A stretch of DNA of 64,000 bases, taken from assembly GCA_001643675.2 (NCBI GenBank), contig LSRY02000018.1:620001-684000 (forward strand), read 5' to 3'. This document shows, one piece after another, positions 40,001-52,288 of this stretch; the stretch's first letter is position 1; each line of letters begins with the position of its first letter. Position numbers and translations under genes: made by a program. The stretch is from Monocercomonoides exilis PA203. Lineage: Eukaryota > Protista > Preaxostyla. The notes beneath the pieces are model-generated. The model ran no database searches, was not told the DNA's origin, and worked only from the letters and a program-made list of their open reading frames with translations.

Positions 40001-41159
40001 AATTTTTCCATTTTTGTTTGCACTGAGGGGAGGCAGAAACAGAAATATATTCATGAAAAAAGAAGCTCAGTGCTATTCAGATTTTCTATAAGTCGAGATG
40101 CTTTTGTAAGACATATAAAAATATCTTCTGACCTGACTCCCTCCAATGGTTATTTCATTCCCATTCCTCATCTTCCTCGCCTTGAAAACTCTTCATCCCT
40201 TCTGACAAATTGTATTCATCAAAATCCTGCAGTCCATTCAACCCATCAAACTTCTCTTTCTACAGCGATATCTTCCATTAATGCACTCTTCCTCCTTCAT
40301 TTGGCTTTTGCATTCTCAAATGAAACAAACGAACTGCGCTGCTTTGCTTGTTCATTGCTCCTGTTGGATTTAGCTATTGAACGCACTAAATTTCCTGGTG
40401 TTGCACGACACCTGCAACGCCAATCCCTGTTGAGAATACAATAGAACAGAAACCGAACCAGACCATTAAACGAGCTGAAAGAAAAATTCAACAAGGAAGT
40501 AATAGATCCAATTACTCCACTTATATCGTTGCCGTGAGCCATCCTTCTTCCTCCTGTAACGCTTCTTTGCCACTCCCTCAGAAGCTCCATATCACTTTTG
40601 TTCTTTCTTTTTGTTCGTTTCGTCGAGGACTTCATTGGAGTGAGGTTGCACATATCACGCACTTCTCTTTCTCTTTTATATAACTCTTCTCTTTCCTTCT
40701 CCTTCTGCAAAATCCTGTTCTTCTGCTCCTCTTTTGTCTGCGACAATTGCTTCCAGCTTGTGGAACTCGTTGAAGTAATTGCTTCTATTATTTGCCCTAT
40801 ATCTTCTCCTTCGATAAAAACTTATCCAGTAATGACCTCTTGTTCTTCTTGTAAAATCAAAGCAAATAAATATAAATATGTCTCCCTCCTTCATGAAGAA
40901 TACAGAAATGTTAACTGAAAGATAATCGAATCCGATGAAATTAACATTGATTTCAATTGGTTTTCAGCAAAAGCAAGAAAGAATTCAAAAGAATATCATT
41001 TGTTTTTATTATTGCATTCGAATCAATTATTGACCATTTATTATCATCATTTTGATATATCTGTTCATTTTTTATATTATGAGATTTTATCATTTTGTCG
41101 TTTTTCTAACACTCAGTTTTTTGAATAGTTTTAATTATTAGTCTGTGATCAGATAATTT

Positions 41160-44100
41160 ATGAAAATGTTTAATAACAAATCAAAAGCGGCTAAAAGTCG
41201 AATAGCATCAACTATTGCAGATACGATATTTCATGCTTCATCTGAGGATCCGGAGGGATGTTTTGAATATTTTGTTTTCCGCTCAAAATTTGATGAATCC
41301 TTCCGGAAAGTGTTGGAGGTTAATTGCGCTGGTATGTTTAATTTTTGATAACTTATGAATAATTAACAATGATTTTTATCTTCTTTGGTAATTGCTGTTT
41401 ACAGTATATTCTTTGTTGGTAGAGAAATTCAACAAAATACTTCAGAACCTTGATACATATTCAAAGTCTTTGTCAAAAAAAGACGGTGTATCCCTTCTGT
41501 CGGCGCTATCTTCTGAGATATCTTTAAAAAAACACAAAGATAACGGGAGGGGTATAACTCCCGGTGAATATTACTATTCACGGGAGAAAAACAAAACCCC
41601 AGCACCATCAGCTTTATCACTTAGTGAAAGAAATGAAACTGAATTAAAAATCATTTTTTATTAATGTCATAATTAAGAATATAAGAAATATAATTTGATT
41701 TGATAATATTTAATTAATTTATTTTTCAGATGAAAAAGAGTTTCGAATGGCAGAAAGCTGGCTTTTAAGCCATAGCTCTTGCAGCTGCGAAAACTCAAGA
41801 AGAAAAAAATCAAGTTTGATTATTATTTTAATTTTTATCTTTAAGTTTTTTGTTTTAAAAATTTAACTTAATAACTGATGTTGAATTATTTTATTAACTT
41901 TCAGATTTCGTTTCTAATGAAAAAAAGCCAGAAGATATTGCGAAGCGATTGAGCAATACAGTATGTTATGAAAAAAATAAAAAAGAAGAATTGGAAAAAG
42001 AAAATACAGAAAATAAAAAACAAATTGAAATGAAAAAAATTAAAAAAATAATAATAAAAGAAAACACAAACAATGAAAAAACAGAAACAAAAAAAAAAAG
42101 AAAGAAGTAATAAATACAAAAGATTAAAAGATAATTAAAGAAAATAATAATAAAAATAAAAAAGATAATAAAAAATTAAAAGAAAAATTAATAAATGATA
42201 ATATAATACATAAAAAAATAACAAATATTTTTTTAAATAATTTAATCCAAAAAAGCAAATATGAAATTTCCAATTCACTCAAATCAATACATAACACAAC
42301 ACAATCATATTTTATCAAAGAGAGCTCCAAGGCTACATCGCTGAGTGCTGGGGGGAGCGTTGGGGCTGCGTCGTTGTGTGCTGGGGGGAATATTGGAACA
42401 TTGATAAAAACAAAAACAAACATAATCATTGATGATTTTTACAATAAAAAAGAAAAGAATAAAAGAAAAAATAGAAAAGAAAAAGTAGAATATTATACAA
42501 AAAAATGAAAATTATGAAGAATATGAAAAAAAATAATGAATATAAAGATAATAAAAGAAATAAATATAGTCTTAAAGAAACAAATGTTTAAAAAAATCAT
42601 ACCCATTTTGAAGATAATTACAATAATTTAGATTTGTTTAACAATAACCTTTTGAGTGATACATTTTCTTTGCATAATTTTTATTCAAACATAACTTTTT
42701 CCAAAATCAATATTCCCAAATTTTCTTTCGACGAAACTGATGCTGAAGACTTTGGAGCTGCGAGCGGTGAGGATGCTGGTATGTTAGAGGATGGAAAGAC
42801 ATGTGGGGCTGACGTGTTTAAAGCAGGAAGTGCAAGGGATGCTGATGAATCAGAAGATGGAAGGATAGGGGGGATTGATGGATTTCGGGCAACATGCGGG
42901 GCTGGTGCTGATGAAGGTGGAGTTGCAATGGAAAAAGAGTTGGGTGGTGGAGAAGTTGGAATGAAACGAGGGTTGGATGCTGGGGAAATTGGAATGGAAA
43001 TAGAGTTGGATGGAGGAAAAGAAGTAGTGGAGTGAGTGTTGCATGCTGATGGAGTTGAAATGGAAGAAGGATTAATTGGAGGAAGTGTTGAAATGGAGGA
43101 AGAGTTGGAAGATGGGGAAATTGGTATGGAGATAGAGTTGGATGGAGGAGAAGGTGGAATGGAGGAAGAGTTGGATGGAGGAGAAGGTGGAATGGAGGGA
43201 GGGTTGGATAGACGGAGTGATGGTGGACATGTTGATGGACATTTTGAAAATAGTATTTGTATGTTGAAAAATATGAAAAGAAAAAGAAAAGGCTTTGGAG
43301 TATTTTCTCCAAATGAAAAAAGATTAATTGAAAAAACAAAAAAAGATTTATTTATTGAAATGAAAAAAGATATTAATATAAAAATGTCTTATTCAACATT
43401 TTGCAAAAAAACAAGAAATTTTAAAAAATCAAAGAAAAGGACAGATTTGTGTGAGATTTGTGAGAGAGGGAATTTTTTGGAAAAGAAAAAGATTGAAATA
43501 GAAAGAAAAGGAGGAAAATTGGACCAAACAGAAGATGATGAATTGAATTTAATAATTCATCATCGAAAAATGGCCCAACATCAAAGAAACTTCTTTTATG
43601 AAAAGAAAGAAAATTTAAAAAAAGATGAAGTTATTATTTTAATGGATTTGAAAGAAAACTGGTGTTTTCCAGTTTCTAATAATGAAACTGGAAAATCATT
43701 TTTTAATAAGAAACAAATTTCTCATTTGTGTTTTGTGGTTTTTTTCGTTGATAATTTTGGTATTTTAAAAAAGTGTTGTTTTAATTATTTTTCTGAAATT
43801 TTATCTCATGATTGTCGTTTTGTATGTGAATGTTTGAAACAACAATAACATATTTTTTTTTTTTTTTGTTAATTCCTTTAACTTTTTTTTGCGACAATGG
43901 GCCGCATTTTCGTAATTCTCATATTTTAAATTTTATATTTTCTGATAATTCTTTTTTGTTTAAAAATAAACGTTGTTCACTTTCATTTTTTGCTGAACAT
44001 CACGGAAAAAATGAATGTGATAGTGAGTTTGGTTTTTTAACAAATTTAATTAATAATAAAATTGGCAATAGAGTTTTAAATAATATTTTTGATTTAATTG

Positions 44101-44307
44101 GTTTTTTTTTGTTATAATTGTAATTCTTATTTATTTAACACAAATTCTGAAAATACATCTTTTTTCATTTCTGATTCTTTTGATAGAAACTTTAATTATT
44201 CTTCTCATATTTTTTCTTCTTCTTCTCAAGATCAGGTAAAAAAAATAATGAAACGAAGCATTATTTTTAAGGTGTGAATTTATTATTTTATTTTATTATA
44301 TAATATT

Positions 44308-44342
<35 letters not shown>

Positions 44343-44861
44343 TCTATTTATCTATTTATCTATTTTTTATATAGTCACTTAGAATTAAAAGAAACAAACT
44401 GGAATGAAATGAAAATAAAAGTAATGATAAATAATTTGTTTTTAAAAAAAAATACAGGGAAACTTCTCGTTTCTCCGCTCAGCTGCGAAAATAGCTCAGG
44501 TGTGTTTGAAATTGAATATAAAATTATGAAAAAATTAGAAACAAAAAAAAGAAAAATTTTTGAAAGAAACGATAATAAAAAAAATGACATTTTTATTTCA
44601 GAAAAAGGAAAATTCGGAAAAGGCGTGAAGAAAGTGATTGAAAATAGAATGAAATTTTTAAATTTTCATAGAGAAAAAGATTTTTTGAATTCGAATAATA
44701 ATTTTTATAATAATTCAAATAATTCTTCAGATTCAAATAGCTTGACAAGTGAAACAGGTATGTCACAGGTGTGTAATTTAAATTCTGAAAATTCAATTTT
44801 TGATTCATTTTCTGATAATTATTCTTTTCATAATTCAATTGAAAATTCTTTTTTAAATTAA
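41160..44861 (+). pseudogene. Intron-containing DDD-type transposase (Sola-like 'HGKxxCD' group), frameshifted
   Basis: KRTDLCEICE (Cys motif), HRKMAQHQR, ILMDLKENW, FCDNGPHFRN, FFAEHHGKNECDSEFG. Candidate GT-AG introns near 41332-41404, 41622-41729 and 44272-44374. Frameshift near the poly-T at ~43850. Colinear with 52289-56063. Confidence 0.75.
42915..43210 (+). repeat. 33-bp minisatellite encoding (D)GGExGMExEL repeats inside the transposase N-terminal region
   Basis: About 8 degenerate units of GATGGAGGAGAAGGTGGAATGGAGGAAGAGTTG. Confidence 0.75.
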
Positions 44862-44913
44862 AATATTTCTTTAGCAAATTTTCATTGTATAATTTGATAA
44901 AATAGGTATGAAG

Positions 44914-44963
<50 letters not shown>

Positions 44964-45949
44964 CTATTGAAAGTGATTGATAATAATTAATGTAATAAAC
45001 AAACTATAAAATTATTTTGAATTTGAATTCAATTTTATTAATTATTTTATAACCATAATATTTTTATTATCTTTTTTTTTTAATTAAATAAATTAATTAA
45101 TAAAAGGAAACAGTGAAATCAATTAAAAAATAATAATTGAATTTATTTATGCTTATCCAATGAAACCGAATTTTATTCGGTTGAGTACTTGACTGATTCA
45201 ATCCTGTTGCTCTATAAATTCTTAATAATAGAGTAACTTGCAGGACTTGGGTCCAGAATCAGTTTCCCAGGTAAATAAATGTTTATTATTATTATTTTTT
45301 ATAAAAATAAAAGTTTTAAAAATATTCAGTGAATTATTTAAATTTTTGTCGAAATTTTTGTCTAAAATTACGGGTGGAACAAAATTTGGAAAAAGAAAAT
45401 TTCGTCCCATATATTTTCTTATAGAAAAATCATTCCTTTTTCTTGCTTTTGGTGAAATAGAATTTTTAGATCAAGTTATAAAAAATTGAACCAAAAACAA
45501 ATAAATAAAACTTCAGAAAAAAACAAAAGTTTCAAAATTTACTGAACAATACCGATAATTGGAAAATAAAGACAAAAAACATTGGAAAAGTTTTGAATTT
45601 TATTAAAATTATTATTTTTATGATTTTCAAATTATGATAATAGTTTGTTATTTTTTATTTCTTTGGATTTAACATCACAAAATCGTCATTCCAGCTTTGT
45701 AGCTCAGCTTCAACAGCAAAACAAAAGATAGAACTGTGGAAAAGAATATATTTCCAACAATAACAACTGATTCAAATTCGTTATCTCTTTCTATTCTCCT
45801 GATTATTTGGCGTTCAAACTTTCTTCTCCATCCTCATTGTTCCTCATCCAAAATTTTCCATTATTGTTTCTTTCACATTCTCATTCCACATACATCCTCT
45901 ATCGCTCCTTAATCTCCAAAGAAATTCATTCCACTCATACTGCACCTTC

Positions 45950-46661
45950 TCTTCTTTCTTCTTTTATTTCTTCATTAAATGCCACCTCCCCTGCCCTCTC
46001 CCTCTCCCTCGCCAACTGCAACATCACCAACATCGACTCAGCTCCACAAAACCAACAGACTCCCACCAATGGCGGGTGCATCTCATTCGCCTCATCTGCC
46101 CCTGCCAACTCGTTTTCAGTGAGTGATTCCACCTTCTCCAGCTGCTCTGTGAGCGAGGATACAAGTTCTGGAGGAAGAGGCGGTGCTCTCATGATCGAGT
46201 ACAAGGATGATTCGGAAGTGTCATCCACAACCTTTGCCATCACCAATATCGTGTTTTCAGCCAACAAGTCCAGCGTCGGAAGAGATATGTATTTTGTGTG
46301 CGAATCATTTGTCGCTTCTGTGAAGGAACCCTTGTTCGCCTTCATGACAAGCATCACTCAGAAAGACAACTCGGTTGTTGGACATAACAGAACAGATGCA
46401 TTCGGTGATTGGAATGTCGATTTGTTCATATTTCTCGATGGGCATTCAGCTGATAATGAACATGTGGATGGTCATCTTGACATCAAAGCAATACATTGCG
46501 AGTTGGAAAAGACTCCCTGCAAGAGCACACAACGCGATGGGTCTTCTGAGGAAGGTGCAGATCGTAAGGCAGAAATCATTTCATCATCTGACTTGTCGGT
46601 GAATTTACGTGCAAGTGACGACAAGGTCGAAGAAAGTTGGGGAGATGGCACACAAAATTGA
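45950..46661 (+). pseudogene. Fragment of the multicopy surface-protein family
   Basis: NGGCISF, GGRGGALMI, FSANKSSVGRDMYFVC, VDLFIFL, HCELEKTPCKS: same motif order as 850-1482. Confidence 0.6.
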
Positions 46662-49600
46662 AGAAAACATCTCATATGTGCATTTGATGAAATCGGCATT
46701 GCTTGTCGGGCATTTATTCTCTTCTTTCATAGAATTTTCTGTTAAATATGCCTTTTCAAATAAATATGTTTCCCTCATCGTTTCATCTTTGATTGCTCGT
46801 TGAAGGCTCGTGACATTGTACATTCTGCCGAATGTCATCCTCATAATCATTCACTCAGAACCTAAATTGCTTTGATTAAATGTTCTTTACATCTGAACCT
46901 CTTTCATCTTCCAAATGAAAAAGCCAGAGGTAATCTCCATTTTTTGATGTGCGTTTTCTGATCGGATTTTTTCGACTCGAAATCACATCTATTGTTATTA
47001 AAACTTGGCTTCATAATGCAATAGATTGAATATACGTTTTGTGCTTCTGAAAAAAAAAAAAAAGATGACGATTGGCCCTGAATTTGACGGGAGTTGAAGA
47101 AATGAGATAATTTTTTGCTAACTTTGTGACTCTGCTGAATTGAACAAAACAAACATTTGACTAAGTCGATGCTCTGATCCAATGCTAAATAAGAAGAAAC
47201 ATAAAAGAAGAAGTTGTAGAGGGCGTTGATGACAATGATGACGAGGATAAAAAAGGATATTCTGCTTTTAATAAAGTTCATTCCTGAAATGAAGTGGATG
47301 TGACTGACTATATTGATGATGAAGAGGAGGCGATGGTGATAAAAGGCTCGTTGAAAGTGAAAAGTTGAATGAGAAGAGTCTCAGACAGAGATGAAATATC
47401 AAGCAAATAAATTGATATTTTCTTTTCCCTTCCTTTTTTTCTATTTTCTCATGTTCTTTCTTCTTCTTCTTTTTCTTGTTTTCCTTTCTTCTTGCATCTA
47501 CCATCTCCGGGCTCTTTATCTGTTCTCCTAAGACCATGTCCTTCGCAGTCAGTATTCGTTTCATCTGCTCGTCGGTCTCTTCTCAGTCTATAGTGACTTC
47601 TGCTAACTCCAGCTCTGTCAACTTCTTGTTCAGCTCTTTGTTTTGTAATGTTCCTCGATCATCATGTATTTCACTTCCAGCAGAACGGCTCCTAACGCTC
47701 TTTACTTTCACAAGCCTCCCAAACACTCTCTTCTCTCTTTCTATTTGCACAAATAAGATTTCTTTCTCGTTTTTAAAGGTTTGTTTCATTCTTTTTTTAT
47801 TTCTTCTTTTCTGTTATCTCTTTCAGTCTCATCTGCATTTTTATTAATAGAAGCACTTTCATTTTCTTTGAATTCAATTTTCTGAACAATCTTTTGTTTT
47901 GTGGGCTGAACTCCCAAGATGTATCTGTTTTCTGCTTCTTTTTAGTGAACTTTCTCTTCTTCCAGTTGAACTTTTCTTGTTATGCTCTCTTTCTGTCCAT
48001 CAAAAATTCTCCTTTCTTTCGCCAATGGCTTTCACAGACACAGCTTTCAATCTTTTCTCAAGCTGAAACTCATATTTTTCTGTCTCTCTTTCGTCATCTC
48101 TAATGAAACTTTCTTTTCCCCTTCTTCTTCTCATTGTTCACCATCTCTTCCTCACCTTCTTAACGGATTCATTATTGATATCCAAACCTCTTGTATCACT
48201 TGTTCATGCATTCCTCCTCTTCAGCCGCCCCAATGCAAACGGAAGCTAAATCTTCAACTTCTTCGAAAAATTTACGAAATGTTATTAATCCAACACCGCT
48301 TTGCACCTGAGTCACTTCTCTCAAATGAACAAAAAAGGATATTCGAACGCCCAACACACATTTCAATGAATTATACACAGAGAAGTTGCCCATTTCGCAC
48401 AAAACGTCAGAAACAGGTGATGATAACTTGGCAGCTGAAAGAGGAGTCAGCTCAGGTGATAGAGGTGCCTGTGGAACAAATGTCAGTGACATTTGCGAGG
48501 AAGTGTTCGAAGAACAGTGTGCTTTTCCAATGTCAGAAGACTTTTATTACTTGAATAATCCATCGGAGATCCGAAAATACAATTTGAAGGCAATGTGACC
48601 TTTCGCTCTTTTCTTTTCTGGCGCATTAGAGAATTTGGAGTTACAAACCTTGCATTTTGAATTTTTTTCTTCGATTGCTCTAACGATATAAGCTGAAGAT
48701 AGCAAAAGAAGATCTCAATTCCCTTAAGATTCTCAGCATAGTTCTCTTTGTTCTGAAGTTGCAGCTACGTTCCCAAAGGAGGCAGACGAACTGCGCTGCC
48801 TTGCTTTTTCGTTACTCCTGTTGGAATAAGCCCTTGAATTCTCTGAATTCCCTGTGATTGCATAGATTTCTGTTGAACTATTCACTGATGAGAATTCAAT
48901 GGAACTGAAACTGAACAAGAACCAGAAGAAGAGCCAGTAGACGGATTCAACAAGGGAGGAAGAGAAACATTCACTCCGCTAACTTCATTTACATCAGTCA
49001 TCCTTCTTCCTCCATCACTGATGCTTCGAGTCTCCTTCAGCAGGATCAGGTTCCTTTTGTTCTCTCTTGGTGTTCCTTTCATGGCAGACATCGTTGGAAT
49101 GAGTTTGAACATCCCAAACGCTTCTCTCTCCTTCTCCTTCTGTAAACCCTTATCGACTGCTCCACTTTTGCTTGTGCTGCTGTCTTTCAGCGCCTGTTTC
49201 GTGGCCTCATTGAGCTGAATGCAACTGGTCAATGTTCGCTATTGCAGTGTTAACGCAGCAGCTGCTTAAAGTTGTTCAAAAGGCTGCCTCGCCAGCGCCA
49301 ACATAAACTGATTCTCTTTGTTTCTCGCTTTTTCCAGGACATGGAAGAACTGCTCAAGTCGAGAGGCTGTCTGAGTGCCCTGCGACTTCGTCATGCGCTC
49401 AATGACACTCACTCTCAGTGGCTTCTTGCGGATGCTTGGCTGATGCGGGGCAATTGCCAGTGAGGAGGAAGATGAAGATTGAGAAGGCATCGGAAAAGAA
49501 GAAGGAATTCCTTTGATTTTTCCAAGTTGAGAGTGCTGTGTGGAGAGTGAGGCGATGATGGAGTGATCATAAGTATTGCCTGAGTTTGTGTTGGAGGCAA

Positions 49601-49779
49601 CAACATAAGATAAAGAGGATGAAGAAGAAGCATTCATAAAAGATGAACGATGTGTTGAAGGGAAACGATGACACGAAAAAACCTGCTATCCTTCTTAACT
49701 TACACCAACACCATTGAAGAAAGAAGACGATGAATAATTCTGATCTGAAATTGAAGAATTTGAGAAGGAGGAAGTGAAA

Positions 49780-50760
49780 ATTGCATCTCTGATGTGGAAT
49801 TGAAGTGAAGTGTCAACGAATTGTGCAGCTATTAGTGTACGCAGCTCCACAACACACACACATTTCTCTCCTTCTGCAATCTCTCCTCTAATCGGCTGAA
49901 TCGTCTCAACCTGTGACTTGATAAGCGGATGGCTCTCTTACTAGTCAAACAGGATGCCTCTCTTCTCTCTTCTCTCATTCGCCCTCTTCCGCTGCGCCAG
50001 ATGCAGTTTCATGCGCGGACACACCTGACATACCAGCCTCTTCTCTATGATCCAACCCTCCATTCTCATAAAGTCAATTCGCTCATGCTGCTTTAAATAT
50101 TGCTGAGCAGAAAGAGGAAAAAGAGGAGCCTAGAATTGTTGTCGTTTTTACATGTACAAGCGTCTCTGCACCTTCATTCGCGATGAAACCGCCTCCCACC
50201 AGCAGAGCTTGCATTACAGTTTCCATGTATGTGATACCTTCTGTCCATCACTTCCTTCTCTTAACTGCTCGTCCTTTCACATTTGCATTCATAACACTCA
50301 CTGAGCTGTATCTGCTTCCCAGCTTGATCGGAATCCTAACCAAAAGACCTATTTGCATCAGCGAATGGAAGCTCCAGAATATCATCTGCTTCCCATACAC
50401 AGGAACAATGCCCCTCGTGACATGGCACTCAAACAGAGGGAAATAAGACGCCTATGCATTCAGCCGCTCCACATCAGTCACGTCGAGTCTATAGTCGATG
50501 CTAGTCCCACCTTCGTTCCGCAGCACAATGGACTGCATAGGTGCATCCACCTCGCCGATGTGTGCATACTCCAGAAAGTGCATCTCCGTCATCTTTGCAC
50601 CTCGTCCACTCTTTAATGAAACATGCGCATCAGTTAGACTTAGCGTCTGGTACGCAATCTCCAAAACGTCTAGCTTCCCAGCGGAGCAGCACCCAAATTG
50701 AAAGGCATATTCAGCAGATTCCGCAGCAAGCGCATGCCAGCCTCTGTGTAGAGCAGTCCA
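49780..50760 (-). pseudogene. CFAP65: Degraded fragment resembling cilia- and flagella-associated protein 65 (CCDC108)
   Basis: Minus-strand read AHIGEVDAPMQSIVLRNEGGTSIDYRLDVTDVERLNA*ASYFPLFECHVTRGIVPVYGKQMIFWSFHSL...VRIPIK resembles the CFAP65 Ig/ASH-like repeat region as I recall it. In-frame stops present. Confidence 0.5.
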
Positions 50761-52288
50761 TCGTAGCGATTGAATGTCTCATCTGCGGGTGTGAGCTCGT
50801 GTGTAAAAAAAAAAACCATTTTTCATGCAGATAAATGAATGCTCTTTCCACAGAATTGCCTTATCCGCGTTGTAGCGGTGCACATCCACAACAGCCGCAG
50901 AGTGAGGATCCCCAGGCCAGTCACCGCACATTATGCTGTTACGTTGAGTTTTGATTGCATTCTTCGCATTTCGTTGGTATCTTGCTCTTCTTTTCGGCTC
51001 TGTGACATCATTGAAGGTGTTGGAGAAGAACGCACTGATTGTTACGGATTGTATGTTCCTCTGTTGCAATTGAATTTCTTTGTATAACCATTTCTTTTCT
51101 CTTTGTCATTTCAATCACATGTACAACACGGTAAGTGTGCATGTACGAAGTAAAAAGAGGAAAAACACTTTGATTATTATTTATGATTTTGCTGAAATGA
51201 CTTCGCTTTGTGGCAAAACCGATAGAATAGGTAGAGTAGTTGAAGGAAAAGCAGAAAGAGAAGAAGCAGACGATGATGGCGATAAATCAGCATTGCGTGT
51301 TTTCAGAGAAAGGAATAAAGGAGCAGGCAAAGAAGAAGGAGAAAAAGAAGAAAAAGCAGAAGAAATGGAGGTTAAAAATGATGAAAGATTCATCAAATTA
51401 TTTGACATATACGAAGAACATTTTGGATTGAAAAAGATTAGGAAGAAGAAGCATTAAAGAAGACATGAATAATATTTGAATTTTGCTTATCAAAAAGCAA
51501 AGTTCCTTTCCAGAAAAATCTATTTTATTTATAAACCATAAACCCATTTCGAATTTTCATTTTTTAGTTGATCAGGAATTTGCAGAAATGTTTATTTTTT
51601 TGTTCATAATGGAATAAATGATATAAAGAAGTGATCAATACATGCAAAAACGATTTCTGAAAATTCCCTTGTTATAAAAATCTTTTTTGATCAATAAGAT
51701 CAAATCGGACAATTTTCAGAATGATTATTTTTTCAAACATTTTAAAATAATTATTATTAATTTTAAGATTTCTTTTTATGATAAAAATTTTCATGGTTTA
51801 TTATTTGTGACAATTGAGAAAAGTACTTTTATCAAAAATATATCATTATTTTTTTATAAAAATTGTTCTCAAAATTTGGATTTATTCTTTTGTTGTGATA
51901 TTTAATATTCTCATACAAATTATTTATAAAAATAAAATATTGATTGAGATGTTTATGCTTTTTTTTAGTTATATAAATGATTATTTAAATAATTTAAAAA
52001 AAAATTTCATTTTGTTGTTTGATGTTAATATTATTTTTTAACGATGTGGAAAAGGAAAGAAGGTTATGTCAGTGTTGACTTGTCAGCAAATTTTTGTAGA
52101 ATAATTTTAAATAATAAAAATTCATTCTTGGAAGCTCATTGAATATTTTATCTGTCAATTTTTTATTGAATAAACATAAAACCAAAAAAATATTAAAAAA
52201 AATTATTAAGAAAGTAATGTAAATTCAAACAATAGCATATAAATTTCTAATATCATCAAACCATTATAAAAATACTTTCAAAATAAAA

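Noticed and set aside
45160-45205. Possible hammerhead ribozyme (GAAA followed by a hairpin and GUU)
   Set aside because: The required CUGANGA core is absent (CTGATTC) and no stem II is evident.
51454-51457. TTAA TSD (Kolobok/Sola3/piggyBac-type) for the USP element
   Set aside because: TTAA is present only at the left end; the right flank reads TCCT, so the TSD cannot be established.
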